Source: Flavobacteriaceae bacterium (lineage in GTDB: Bacteria; Bacteroidota; Bacteroidia; Flavobacteriales; Flavobacteriaceae). From it: DNA of 60,654 nt. Positions 1 through 9,505 of the stretch are shown in pieces (the stretch's first letter is position 1; each line of letters starts with the position of its first letter). The stretch is from contig JAOZTG010000001.1 in NCBI GenBank assembly GCA_029939235.1, positions 1 to 60,654 of the forward strand. The letters are read 5' to 3'. The notes under the pieces are model-generated. The model saw nothing but the letters and a program-made list of their open reading frames with translations. It did no database searches and was not told the DNA's origin. The position numbers and the translations under genes are program-made.

Positions 1-96
1 AATAGAAGTCAAATCTATAAAAAAGAATTGTTTTTGAAGCCGTATTTTAGTATTAGATTTTTATTTGTGAGACTCTAAAAAATTTATTTCCATTTT

Positions 97-206
97 TTAG
101 TTAGTCGAACTAATCCCGCTTTTTCAGCGGGATCTAGGTTAAATACCTCAACCCTTGGGTCGATTCCTATTATTGGGTTCAGGGCTTGCCCTGAGGTTTA
201 ATACCT
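97..206. repeat. Cluster of GC-rich REP-like palindromes
   Basis: Hairpin ATCCCGCT(113-120)/AGCGGGAT(126-133); ACCTCA(145-150) can pair with TGAGGT(192-197); 13-bp near-direct repeat AGGTT[A/T]AATACCT at 136-148 and 194-206. Confidence 0.5.
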
Positions 207-220
207 TTTATTCTGGTTTC

Positions 221-256
221 AAAAAAAAGATCCAGTGTTTTTTAACACTGGATCTT
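221..256 (-). terminator. Intrinsic terminator of secA
   Basis: Perfect 13-bp stem AAGATCCAGTGTT/AACACTGGATCTT with an A-run on + (U-tail on -), just after the secA stop. Confidence 0.85.
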
Positions 257-283
257 GTAAATCAATAAATTATGAGTTTTGCT

Positions 284-3200
284 TTATTCATCAAATAACA
301 CCCATATTCCTTTATCAATCAATGGAATAGCTTGTTTGTATTTTACAGTTTTACTTTCGCCTGTATTGATGTTTTTAATTGTAACACGTTCGTTTCTTCC
401 AATTTTTCTTTCTGTTCTTATAATTGTTTCCGTAACATGTTGTTCCTGAGTTTGGTTGGGTTGAGCATCCTGATTAGGGTTGCTGAACTCAGCTTTACTC
501 AACTGAACTTTTTCTCTTTTTTGTTCTCTTGCCTGCGAAACCTGTTGTGGATTTTGACTTGGTAATTCACCTTTGAACAAGAAAGATAAAACTTCCTTAT
601 TTACTTTGTCAAGCATAGATTTAAACAATTCAAAAGCCTCAAATTTGTATATCAACAAAGGGTCTTTTTGTTCGTAAGTTGCATTTTGAACCGATTGTTT
701 TAAGTCATCCATTTTTCGTAAATGATCTTTCCATGTATCATCAATAATGGCTAGAGTGATATTTTTTTCAAAATCTTCAACCAGTTGTTTTCCATTGCTT
801 TCGTAGGCGTCTTTTAAATTAGTAATTACCTGCAGTGTTTTTATTCCATCTGTAAAAGGAACTACAATTCTTTCGTAACGATCACCTTGTTTTTCGTAAA
901 CATCTTTGATCACAGGAAAAGCAGCAACAGCATTATTTTCTATTCTTTTTTGATAATGCTTATAAACGGTTTCAAACAATTCATCAACCAAAACTCTTTC
1001 GTCTTTTTCAGCAAATTCTTCTCTGGTAAAAGGAGAAGTGGTTGATGAAAAACGGATCAATTCAAATTCGAAATTAGAATAATCATTATTGATCTTATTA
1101 TCCGCTACAATGGCATCACAGGTATCATAGATCATGTTCACAATATCTACCTGTAAACGTTCACCGTATAAGGCATGTTTACGACGCTTGTAAATAACCT
1201 CACGTTGAGCATTCATGATATCATCGTATTCTAATAATCGCTTACGAATACCATAGTTGTTTTCTTCTACTTTTTTCTGTGCTCGTTCAATAGATTTAGA
1301 GATCATGGAATGTTGAATAACTTCACCTTCCTTTAAGCCCATTTTATCCATCATTTTTGCGATTCTTTCCGAACCGAATAAACGCATCAAATTATCTTCT
1401 AATGATACATAAAATTGTGAAGAACCTGGGTCTCCTTGTCTACCGGCTCTACCACGCAACTGACGGTCAACACGTCGGGAATCATGACGTTCAGTACCAA
1501 CAATTGCCAAACCACCTGCTTTTTTCACTTCATCAGATAATTTGATATCGGTACCACGACCTGCCATATTTGTCGCGATAGTAACAACTCCGGGGTCACC
1601 CGCAGAAGCAACAATATCAGCTTCTTTTTTATGTAATTTTGCATTTAAAACATTGTGCTCAATTTTACGGATATGAAGCATTTTAGAAAGTAATTCTGAA
1701 ATCTCAACGGAAGTTGTACCTACCAGTACTGGTCGTTTTTGGTTAACCAGATTTTCAATTTCTTGAATTACTGCATTGTATTTTTCTCGTTTTGTTTTAT
1801 AGATTAGATCTTCATCATCTTTACGTATCAATGGCATGTTGGTAGGGATTTCAACAACATCTAATTTGTAGATTTGCCAGAATTCACCTGCCTCTGTAAT
1901 TGCAGTACCGGTCATACCCGAAAGTTTACGATACATTCTAAAATAATTCTGTAAGGTAATGGTTGCAAAAGTTTGAGTTGCATCTTCAATTTTTACATTT
2001 TCTTTTGCTTCAATTGCCTGATGTAATCCATCAGAATATCTTCGGCCATCCATCACACGACCGGTTTGCTCATCAACAATTTTAACCTGATCTTCAATGA
2101 TCACATATTCAACATCTTTTTCAAAAAGTGTATATGCTTTTAGCAACTGATTCATTGTGTGAATACGCTCACTTTTTATACTAAATTCACGATAAAGATC
2201 TTCTTTTTCTTTTGTTTTTTCTTTCGGAGAAATATCTTTGCTATCAATTTTACCAACTTCAACTCCCATATCAGGTAAAACAAAGAAATGATCTTCAGTT
2301 TTGTTACCTGATAAATGTGCTATACCTTTATCAGTTAAGTCGATAGAATTGTTTTTTTCGTCAATTACAAAATACAACTCTTCATCAATCTTTGGCATTT
2401 CACGATTGTTATCCTGCATATAGAAATTCTCAGTTTTTTGAAGTAACTGTCTAATTCCTTCCTGACTTAAAAATTTGATAAGCGCCTTATTTTTAGGTAA
2501 TCCTCTAAATACTCTATAAAGTAAGAAACCACCTTCTTTGGTATCTCCAGCTGCAATTAATTTTTTAGATTCGGCAAGAATTCCAACCAGATATCTGCTT
2601 TGCATTTTAACGATCTCGTCTACTTTTGGGCGTAATTCATTAAACTCATGTCGGTCACCCTGTGGAATAGCTCCTGAAATAATCAATGGTGTACGAGCAT
2701 CATCTACTAAAACAGAATCCACCTCATCCACAATAGTGAAGTTATGAGGACGTTGAACGAGATCATTTGGTGAGTGAGCCATATTATCACGTAAATAGTC
2801 AAACCCAAATTCATTGTTTGTACCGTAAGTAATATCTGCTAAATATGCTTTTCTTCTTTCTTCAGAGTTTGGTTGATGTGAATCAATACAATCAATGGAT
2901 AACCCGTGGAATTCAAAAATGGGGCCCATCCAAGCAGCATCACGTTTTGCCAGATAATCATTTACAGTTACAACATGCACACCATTTCCGGTTAGGGCAT
3001 TTAAGTAGATTGGTAAAGTTGCAACCAACGTTTTTCCTTCACCCGTCATCATCTCAGCAATATTTCCCTTATGTAAAACCGATCCACCAATCAATTGTAC
3101 ATCATATGGAACCATATCCCAGGTAATTGGTTTGCCCGCAGCATCCCATGAATTACTCCATATGGCATAATCATCTTCCAAGTTCACATAATCATGGGTT

Positions 3201-3619
3201 GATAATTCACGGTCAAATGGAGTGGCTTTTACTTTTAGGGTTGTATTGTTTGCAAATCGTTTAGCAGTTTCTTTTACCACAGCAAAAGCTTCCGCCTGAA
3301 TGTCATTCAAAACTTCTTCAGAGACCTGGTAAGCATCATCTGTTAATTGATCTATCTCTTTATATATTTCTTCTTTACGATCAATACTGGCAGTTTCTAT
3401 TTCATTGTTTAGTTGATCTATATTATCATGAAAGGGCTTTGTTGCCTCATTAATTTTACTTTTAAAGTCAGCAGTTTTTTCACGAAGCTGATCTAAAGAT
3501 AGAGCAGCTACATCATTATCAAATGCTCTTACTTTACCAACAATAGGTTGTAGTAATTTTAAGTCTTTTTTGTATTTATCACCAACAAAAACTTTTATTA
3601 TTGAATTTATAAAACTCAT
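284..3619 (-). CDS. secA: Preprotein translocase ATPase SecA
   Basis: 1111 aa; MMTGEGKTL Walker A, IVDEVDSVLVDDARTPLIISG, IATNMAGRGTDI, QLRGRAGRQGDPG. Confidence 0.99.
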   Translation of the reverse strand: MSFINSIIKVFVGDKYKKDLKLLQPIVGKVRAFDNDVAALSLDQLREKTADFKSKINEATKPFHDNIDQLNNEIETASIDRKEEIYKEIDQLTDDAYQVSEEVLNDIQAEAFAVVKETAKRFANNTTLKVKATPFDRELSTHDYVNLEDDYAIWSNSWDAAGKPITWDMVPYDVQLIGGSVLHKGNIAEMMTGEGKTLVATLPIYLNALTGNGVHVVTVNDYLAKRDAAWMGPIFEFHGLSIDCIDSHQPNSEERRKAYLADITYGTNNEFGFDYLRDNMAHSPNDLVQRPHNFTIVDEVDSVLVDDARTPLIISGAIPQGDRHEFNELRPKVDEIVKMQSRYLVGILAESKKLIAAGDTKEGGFLLYRVFRGLPKNKALIKFLSQEGIRQLLQKTENFYMQDNNREMPKIDEELYFVIDEKNNSIDLTDKGIAHLSGNKTEDHFFVLPDMGVEVGKIDSKDISPKEKTKEKEDLYREFSIKSERIHTMNQLLKAYTLFEKDVEYVIIEDQVKIVDEQTGRVMDGRRYSDGLHQAIEAKENVKIEDATQTFATITLQNYFRMYRKLSGMTGTAITEAGEFWQIYKLDVVEIPTNMPLIRKDDEDLIYKTKREKYNAVIQEIENLVNQKRPVLVGTTSVEISELLSKMLHIRKIEHNVLNAKLHKKEADIVASAGDPGVVTIATNMAGRGTDIKLSDEVKKAGGLAIVGTERHDSRRVDRQLRGRAGRQGDPGSSQFYVSLEDNLMRLFGSERIAKMMDKMGLKEGEVIQHSMISKSIERAQKKVEENNYGIRKRLLEYDDIMNAQREVIYKRRKHALYGERLQVDIVNMIYDTCDAIVADNKINNDYSNFEFELIRFSSTTSPFTREEFAEKDERVLVDELFETVYKHYQKRIENNAVAAFPVIKDVYEKQGDRYERIVVPFTDGIKTLQVITNLKDAYESNGKQLVEDFEKNITLAIIDDTWKDHLRKMDDLKQSVQNATYEQKDPLLIYKFEAFELFKSMLDKVNKEVLSFLFKGELPSQNPQQVSQAREQKREKVQLSKAEFSNPNQDAQPNQTQEQHVTETIIRTERKIGRNERVTIKNINTGESKTVKYKQAIPLIDKGIWVLFDE

Positions 3620-3662
3620 ATTTTTAATATTTTACTCGATAAATCGAGAGATTATAATTTGG

Positions 3663-3670
3663 CAAAATTA
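3663..3670 (-). promoter_or_regulatory. Bacteroidota sigma70 -7 box (TAATTTTG) for secA
   Basis: Exact TAnnTTTG match on - strand about 45 nt upstream of the ATG. Confidence 0.55.
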
Positions 3671-3707
3671 CAATTCAAAAAAAATGGTAATTACCAAGAT
3701 TTCAGGT

Positions 3708-3734
3708 AAAAAAAAAAGCCTCTCTGGAGACTTT
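3708..3734 (-). terminator. Probable intrinsic terminator after the DUF2795 gene
   Basis: On -: AAAGTCTC-caga-GAGGCTTT (one G-U pair) followed by a long U-run. Confidence 0.6.
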
Positions 3735-3739
3735 CATTT

Positions 3740-3961
3740 TTAGTATTCATCTTCGTTCCAGAGGAAATCCTCATCTGTGGGATAGTCTGGCCAAATTTCC
3801 TGAATGATTTCATAACTTTCGCCTTCATCTTCTAAGGCTTGCAAATTTTCGACAACTTCTAAAGGAGCTCCTGTTCTTATTGCATAATCAATGAGTTCAT
3901 CTTTTGTTGCCGGCCAAGGCGCATCACTTAAATATGATGCTAATTCTAATGTCCAATACAT
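3740..3961 (-). CDS. DUF2795 family small acidic protein
   Basis: MYWTLELASYLSDAPWPATKDELIDYAIRTGAP, the conserved Bacteroidota 73-aa family; TACTTTTG box at 3989-3996. Confidence 0.92.
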   Translation of the reverse strand: MYWTLELASYLSDAPWPATKDELIDYAIRTGAPLEVVENLQALEDEGESYEIIQEIWPDYPTDEDFLWNEDEY

Positions 3962-4096
3962 AATTGAAACTTAATTTAATTCAAAATGCAAAAGTATATT
4001 TTTTGTGTAATAATGCAAGCTTTTTGTGTATTATTTTTTAATAGTTTAAAGAACGTGTGTTTTCGCCTTGAAAATCAGGATTCTATAAATAATAAA

Positions 4097-4669
4097 CTAA
4101 GCATTATTTGTAATCCACGGAATCTCAGTTGCGTTATTATCTAAAGTCAACTTTCGTGCCAATACAAATAGATAATCAGATAATCTATTTAAATAAATTA
4201 ATATACTATTATTAATCTTCTCATTATCATTTAGTTCTACAGTTAAACGCTCGGCTCTCCGGCAAATGCAGCGTGAAATATGACAATATGACACGGTTGT
4301 ATGGCCACCGGGTAAAACAAAACTTTTCATTGGAGGAAGTGTTTCATTCATTTTATCCATTTCATTCTCTAAAAATTGAATTGCAGAATCATTTATCTTA
4401 GGAATTTTTAACCTGTCTTTTCCGCTTTTTAATTTTTCTTTGTTAGGTGGTGTTGCGAGCATTGCGCCTAGTGTGAATAGTTCATTTTGGATTTTGATTA
4501 AACTATCAAATGTAGAGGAATCTATTTTTTGATCTCTAATTAATCCAATATGTGAATTTAACTCGTCAACGGTTCCATAAGCCTCAATTCGAAGATCATA
4601 TTTTTTAACTCTGGTTCCTCCGAAAAGAGAGGTCTCGCCAGTGTCTCCTGTTTTTGTATAAATTTTCAT
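4097..4669 (-). CDS. ATP:cob(I)alamin adenosyltransferase, PduO type
   Basis: MKIYTKTGDTGET, EAYGTVDELNS, RRAER, YLNRLSDYLFVLAR. Confidence 0.95.
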   Translation of the reverse strand: MKIYTKTGDTGETSLFGGTRVKKYDLRIEAYGTVDELNSHIGLIRDQKIDSSTFDSLIKIQNELFTLGAMLATPPNKEKLKSGKDRLKIPKINDSAIQFLENEMDKMNETLPPMKSFVLPGGHTTVSYCHISRCICRRAERLTVELNDNEKINNSILIYLNRLSDYLFVLARKLTLDNNATEIPWITNNA

Positions 4670-4732
4670 AGTTCAAAAATAAAAAGTTAAATATGAATAC
4701 AGTAAAAAATAAAGTTAAAAATCATTGAATTT

Positions 4733-5515
4733 TTATACCCGAATTACAAAATGTTCTTTAGGTTGTTCTTTTCTAAAAAAAACAATGCCCCATTGAAAAG
4801 TGTCAATGCTAACCGTTACTTTGTTGTGATCTTTGATATAATTCCATGCATCTTCCATTCCTTTACTCCAGTGAATATCGTCAAAAATAAAAACAGAATC
4901 ATTATGTACTGATGGTAAACAAAGCTCAAAATATTTGATTGTAGCTTCTTTTTGATGATTACCGTCAAAATAGATAAGGTCATATTTTTTATTATAAAGA
5001 GCTTTTGGAAGTGTTGATTTAAAATCACCAATTTTTATATCAATATTATTAAGGTGAAATTTATTAAATTGTTCTTTGGCAATTTTTGCAGTTTCCGGAC
5101 AACCTTCAAGGGAAGTTATTTTCGATTTGGGATTTCCAATACTAAGACATGCAGTTCCAATACCTAGTGAAGTCCCGATCTCTAAAATATTTCTAGGATT
5201 AAAATATTGTACAATTTTGACAAGTAGTTTTGCTCTTTTATTTGAAATTCCTGCATTTTTTGCAATGGCAGATATTCTACGAGTATTGCTATTAAAAACT
5301 CTGGATCCAGCTCCGAAATCTGTTACATTTATCGTTTGTTTATTCTTTAATAAAGATTGTTGATATTTATGAATTTGATTAAATTGTTGGGTCAATATTT
5401 TTTGATTGGAATAGAAACATTTGGTAACTAAATCATAAATAAAGGGAGAATGAATTCCATGCTGATTGGTAGAAGCAATTAAAAAGGAAATATAAGATTT
5501 GAATTGATCGAACAT
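4733..5515 (-). CDS. Class I SAM-dependent O-methyltransferase
   Basis: ILEIGTSLG SAM motif, YFDGNH, FDDIHW; HGIHSPF N-terminus typical of the Bacteroidota family. Confidence 0.88.
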   Translation of the reverse strand: MFDQFKSYISFLIASTNQHGIHSPFIYDLVTKCFYSNQKILTQQFNQIHKYQQSLLKNKQTINVTDFGAGSRVFNSNTRRISAIAKNAGISNKRAKLLVKIVQYFNPRNILEIGTSLGIGTACLSIGNPKSKITSLEGCPETAKIAKEQFNKFHLNNIDIKIGDFKSTLPKALYNKKYDLIYFDGNHQKEATIKYFELCLPSVHNDSVFIFDDIHWSKGMEDAWNYIKDHNKVTVSIDTFQWGIVFFRKEQPKEHFVIRV

Positions 5516-5573
5516 TACTTGTTTGTTTGCGCGAAAATAGCAGAAAAAATATTGTTTTAAACGATTTTAAAAT

Positions 5574-5581
5574 TATATTTG
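5574..5581 (+). promoter_or_regulatory. -7 box (TATATTTG) for the wza operon
   Basis: Exact TAnnTTTG; it overlaps the ORF-track TTG start, implying a downstream ATG. Confidence 0.55.
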
Positions 5582-5602
5582 CGGATTAAGAAATTTATGA
5601 TA

Positions 5603-6391
5603 ATGCGTAAACTATTACTTCTAATTTTAATATTGATAATTTATTCTTCGTGCATCCCCAAGAAGGATTTGGTATATTTTCAGGGAGATCCTGTACGAAA
5701 GGATTCTATTTATAAATTACAAGATGAACCCTATCGTTTGCAAATAGGTGATATACTGTATATTGATATAAAATCTGCGGATCCTGAATTAGTAGCTCTA
5801 TTTAAAAATGTTGAAACTCAAAGGAATACCACAGGTATTATAGATGAAAAGAGAGTATATTTTAGCGGTTATTCAATTGGAAGACAAGGGAATATAAGAA
5901 TACCTTATGTTGGTGAGTTAAATATTTTGGGTTATACAACAAGAGAGGTGAGAGAAAAAATACAAAATGAACTGGAAAGTTATTTTATAAATAAAGATGA
6001 TGTTTTTATAACAGTAAAATTAGCAGGTATTCGAGTTACAATCTTAGGAGAGGTTTCCAAACCGGGTACTCTATTAATATATAAGAATCAGATAAATATT
6101 ATTGAGGCCATTGCAAATGCAGGTGATATTTTGGTTACCGGAAATAGAAAAAATGTAACTGTTTTTCGTAAGAATATTGATGGTACAAAACGATATGAAA
6201 TTGATTTGACCGATATTTCTTCTTTTGATTCAAATAATTTTCATGTTGAATCAAATGATATCATTTATATAGAACCTCTAAAACAAAAAACATGGGGTAC
6301 AGGTGTGACCGGTATGCAATCTTTAACGGCAATCGTTACGGTTTTAACATTATTGACAACAACTCTTTTGTTAATTCAAACATTTAAGTAA
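5603..6391 (+). CDS. wza: Polysaccharide export outer-membrane lipoprotein (Wza/OPX)
   Basis: Lipobox YSSC, YRLQIGDIL...GNIRIPYVG poly_export motif, GEVSKPG SLBB; start probably ATG 5603 (or 5597). Confidence 0.9.
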   Translation: MRKLLLLILILIIYSSCIPKKDLVYFQGDPVRKDSIYKLQDEPYRLQIGDILYIDIKSADPELVALFKNVETQRNTTGIIDEKRVYFSGYSIGRQGNIRIPYVGELNILGYTTREVREKIQNELESYFINKDDVFITVKLAGIRVTILGEVSKPGTLLIYKNQINIIEAIANAGDILVTGNRKNVTVFRKNIDGTKRYEIDLTDISSFDSNNFHVESNDIIYIEPLKQKTWGTGVTGMQSLTAIVTVLTLLTTTLLLIQTFK

Positions 6392-6396
6392 AGTAA

Positions 6397-8844
6397 ATGA
6401 ATCAAAATCAAAAAATTGATATAAATGAATTAAATACTTTTGATATTAAAGAGTATTTTTTTAAGATTCTTGATCATTGGAAACTGTTTGCTGTTACAAT
6501 ATTATTGGGATTGATCATTGCCAATATTGTTAACAGGCGTACGCAAAAAATTTATAATTTAAAGAGTTTAATCACTGTGAAGGATGAGCAAAATCCTTTA
6601 TTCGCCAGCAGCACGAATATTGCTTTTAACTGGGGTGGACCAAGTGATCAGGTGGAAACAATTATGACTATTTTAAAGTCACGGACTCATAATGAAAAGG
6701 TTGTTGACCAACTAAAATTTAATATTGATTATTTAAAGGAAGGTGATTATAGAAAAGATGATATCTACGGTAAAAACCCCTTTATTGTAAATTTAGATAC
6801 TTCTAAGTATCAATTGCAAGGAACATTAATTCAATTGGATTTTTTAGACAACAATGAGTTTACTGTTTTTGTTGAGTTTGAAGAAGATGAATATAAGTTG
6901 GTTAATTATTCTACTGATAAAACAGAGATCTATGAGCCTAACTCTGAGATTTATAAGCAATCATTCCCAATTGGAGCCATAGTTGAAACACCATTTTTTA
7001 AATTTACAATTGATAAATTGAATTTAGAAAAGGATCTTTCCGGAAAGGAATATTTCATTAGATTTAATAGCTTTAATGGTGTCGTAAAAAAGTATAGTAA
7101 AATTGATGTTTCCACATTAAAAAAAGGAACGTCTCTTATTGAATTAAGCTTAGATGGCTCAAATAAAAAGAAAATAGAAGATTATATCAATACTACTGTA
7201 GAAGTTTTAGATGCAGATCAGCGAAAGCAAAAGATCCAGTATGCTATAAAAACTAAGGAATATATTGATACTTTATTTATAGTTGAATCAAAAAATTTAA
7301 AAGATATTGAATCAGATCTTGGATCATATAAGCAGCGAAATGATATTTATGATTTATCTGCTGAAGGTTCATCCCTTTTAGGGGAAGCTACATCTCTTGA
7401 TGCTAAATCATTGGAATTAAAAAATAGACTGGATTATTATAGTAATTTGGAGAATTATATCCGTTCAAGAGATAAATATGATGAAAGTGTTCCAGCTCCG
7501 GCTTTGGTTAATATAGAAGACCCTAATATTACAGCAAGTGTGAGTACATTAATATCTTTGTCAAAAGCTAAAGAAACTCTGGAATTAACTGTAAAGCCAT
7601 CTTATCCACCGTTAAAGAAAATTATTAATGAAATTGGGTTAGAAAGAAAGGTATTGCTTGAGCATATTACTACAATGAAAAGCACTACCAGAAATAGTTT
7701 AAATAGTTTGAGCAAACAAATTGCAAGGAATAATTCCAGACTTAGAACTTTATCTCCTAAAGAACAAAAATTATTAAACTTTCAACGTAAATACAATATT
7801 ACAGAGGCAAATTATAATTATTTAAAACAAAAAAGTTATGAGGCCGGTACTGCTATTGCAGCAAATGTTTCTGATATTAAAATACTTGATAAAGCAAAAG
7901 ATATCGGACAGTTACCAATTAAACCTAAAGGTAGTTTTAACTATTTAATAGGTTTGATGCTGGGCACTATTTTACCCTTGTTGTTTATAGTAACCAAAGA
8001 AGTTTTAGATAATAAAATTGGTTCTGTTGAGGAGATTGAACGGATGTATAAAATTCCGGTTTTAGGTGTTTTAGGAAGAAATAATTATGAAAATCGTTTA
8101 GCTGTTTATCATAAGCCAAATTCTACAATTGCTGAATCGTTTAGAGCTTTACGCTCCAATATTCAGTTTTTATTTAAACGAGATAGTAAATCTAAAACAA
8201 TTGTTATTACATCATCTGTTAGTAAAGAAGGTAAAACAATGGCCGCAATTAACATGGCAACTGTATTTGCCTTGAGTGGTAAAAAAACTATTTTGGTAGG
8301 TTTTGATTTGCGAAAGCCTAAAATGCACGAAGATTTTGGCATTGATAATACTTACGGAATTGTTAACTATTTGATTGGTGAAAAAAGATTGGATGAGGTA
8401 ATTGTTAGCTCTGAAATTAAGAATTTAGATGTGATTCCATCGGGGCCTGTGCCTCCAAATCCATCTGAAATTATTTTAAGTGAAGGAACCGATGAGTTGT
8501 TTGAAATATTGAAAGAAAAGTACGAATATATAATTATTGATACTCCGCCTGTAGGTTTAGTAGCAGATTCCTTAGAGTTATTTAAATATAGTGATGCAAT
8601 TATTTATATGATTCGACATAATTATTCTGAAAAAGGAATGCCTAAAATGATCGATGATAAATATGTAAATGGCGAAGTTAAAAATATCTCCTATGTACTG
8701 AATGATTTTAAGATGAAGAATTCTTACGGTAGGGGTTATGGCTACGGCTACGGTTATGGCTATGGTTACGGAAAATATGGTAGTGGATATCACTCGAATG
8801 AAAAGAAGTCTTTTTTAAGTAAACTGAAAAAGATATTTACATAA
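6397..8844 (+). CDS. wzc: Polysaccharide co-polymerase / BY-kinase Wzc
   Basis: Two TM segments, ESFRALRSN, TSSVSKEGKT, DLRKP, IIDTPP, C-terminal (GY)n tyrosine cluster. Confidence 0.93.
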   Translation: MNQNQKIDINELNTFDIKEYFFKILDHWKLFAVTILLGLIIANIVNRRTQKIYNLKSLITVKDEQNPLFASSTNIAFNWGGPSDQVETIMTILKSRTHNEKVVDQLKFNIDYLKEGDYRKDDIYGKNPFIVNLDTSKYQLQGTLIQLDFLDNNEFTVFVEFEEDEYKLVNYSTDKTEIYEPNSEIYKQSFPIGAIVETPFFKFTIDKLNLEKDLSGKEYFIRFNSFNGVVKKYSKIDVSTLKKGTSLIELSLDGSNKKKIEDYINTTVEVLDADQRKQKIQYAIKTKEYIDTLFIVESKNLKDIESDLGSYKQRNDIYDLSAEGSSLLGEATSLDAKSLELKNRLDYYSNLENYIRSRDKYDESVPAPALVNIEDPNITASVSTLISLSKAKETLELTVKPSYPPLKKIINEIGLERKVLLEHITTMKSTTRNSLNSLSKQIARNNSRLRTLSPKEQKLLNFQRKYNITEANYNYLKQKSYEAGTAIAANVSDIKILDKAKDIGQLPIKPKGSFNYLIGLMLGTILPLLFIVTKEVLDNKIGSVEEIERMYKIPVLGVLGRNNYENRLAVYHKPNSTIAESFRALRSNIQFLFKRDSKSKTIVITSSVSKEGKTMAAINMATVFALSGKKTILVGFDLRKPKMHEDFGIDNTYGIVNYLIGEKRLDEVIVSSEIKNLDVIPSGPVPPNPSEIILSEGTDELFEILKEKYEYIIIDTPPVGLVADSLELFKYSDAIIYMIRHNYSEKGMPKMIDDKYVNGEVKNISYVLNDFKMKNSYGRGYGYGYGYGYGYGKYGSGYHSNEKKSFLSKLKKIFT
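8734..8772 (+). repeat. GGNTAY hexamer tandem repeat encoding the Wzc (GY)6 tyrosine cluster
   Basis: ggttatggctacggctacggttatggctatggttacgga. Confidence 0.8.
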
Positions 8845-8865
8845 TAACAGATCAAATATTGATTT

Positions 8866-9480
8866 TTGGATAAGTTAGGAGGTTTAAATACAAGACAACG
8901 AATTGTCAAAAGAGTATTTGACCTCTTTTTTTCAATTGTAGGATTGGTTATTTTTATTATTCCGATTCTGTTTTTGATGATTTTAGCAACTTGTTCTACA
9001 AAGAAATTTGGATTATTTAGTCAGAATAGAGTTGGTGAGAACGGTAAGCTTTTTAAGATCTTTAAAATTAGAACAATGAAAGTGCATATTCCTAAAGAAG
9101 ATTTTATCACTTTAAAGAATGATGACAGAATTACTTCTTTCGGGAAATTTTTGAGATTATTTAAATTGGATGAATTACCTCAGATGGTAAATGTGTTGAT
9201 TGGAGATATGAGTTTGGTTGGTCCACGACCTGATGTTCCCGGTTATGCCGATAAACTTATTGGTGATGATAGGATTATTTTATCTGTTAAACCCGGAATT
9301 ACTAGTCCGGCAACTTTAAAGTTTAAAAATGAGGAAAATCTCTTATCCAAACAAAAGAATCCAAAAAAATACAACGATGAGGTGATTTGGCCTGAGAAAA
9401 TAAAGATTAATAAACAATATATATTAGAATGGTCGTTAATTAATGATATAAAGTGTATTGTAAAAACTATAATTAATTAA
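8866..9480 (+). CDS. Small phosphoglycosyl transferase (Bac_transf, priming sugar transferase)
   Basis: KRVFD, FKIRTM, KLDELPQ, GDMSLVGPRP, SVKPGIT. Confidence 0.92.
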   Translation: MDKLGGLNTRQRIVKRVFDLFFSIVGLVIFIIPILFLMILATCSTKKFGLFSQNRVGENGKLFKIFKIRTMKVHIPKEDFITLKNDDRITSFGKFLRLFKLDELPQMVNVLIGDMSLVGPRPDVPGYADKLIGDDRIILSVKPGITSPATLKFKNEENLLSKQKNPKKYNDEVIWPEKIKINKQYILEWSLINDIKCIVKTIIN

Positions 9481-9485
9481 ATTTG
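9478..9485 (+). promoter_or_regulatory. Internal -7 box (TAAATTTG) upstream of the dehydrogenase-cys block
   Basis: Exact TAnnTTTG overlapping the upstream stop codon, 20 nt before ATG 9506. Confidence 0.5.
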
Positions 9486-9505
9486 CACCTTCAAAAAATT
9501 GAAAT

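Noticed and set aside
332-3126. Short + strand ORFs inside secA, and similar antisense or nested ORFs elsewhere (e.g. 16116-16541, 29496-29969, 59513-60061)
   Set aside because: Shadows of well-supported genes on the opposite strand or in another frame, with no recognisable motifs
8209-8238. Wzc Walker A reads SVSKEGKT rather than SxxGEGKT
   Set aside because: The essential GKT and downstream DLRKP and DTPP motifs are intact; BY-kinase P-loops vary at this position
8734-8772. Hexamer repeat as a phase-variation tract
   Set aside because: In frame with varied synonymous codons; explained by the normal Wzc tyrosine cluster
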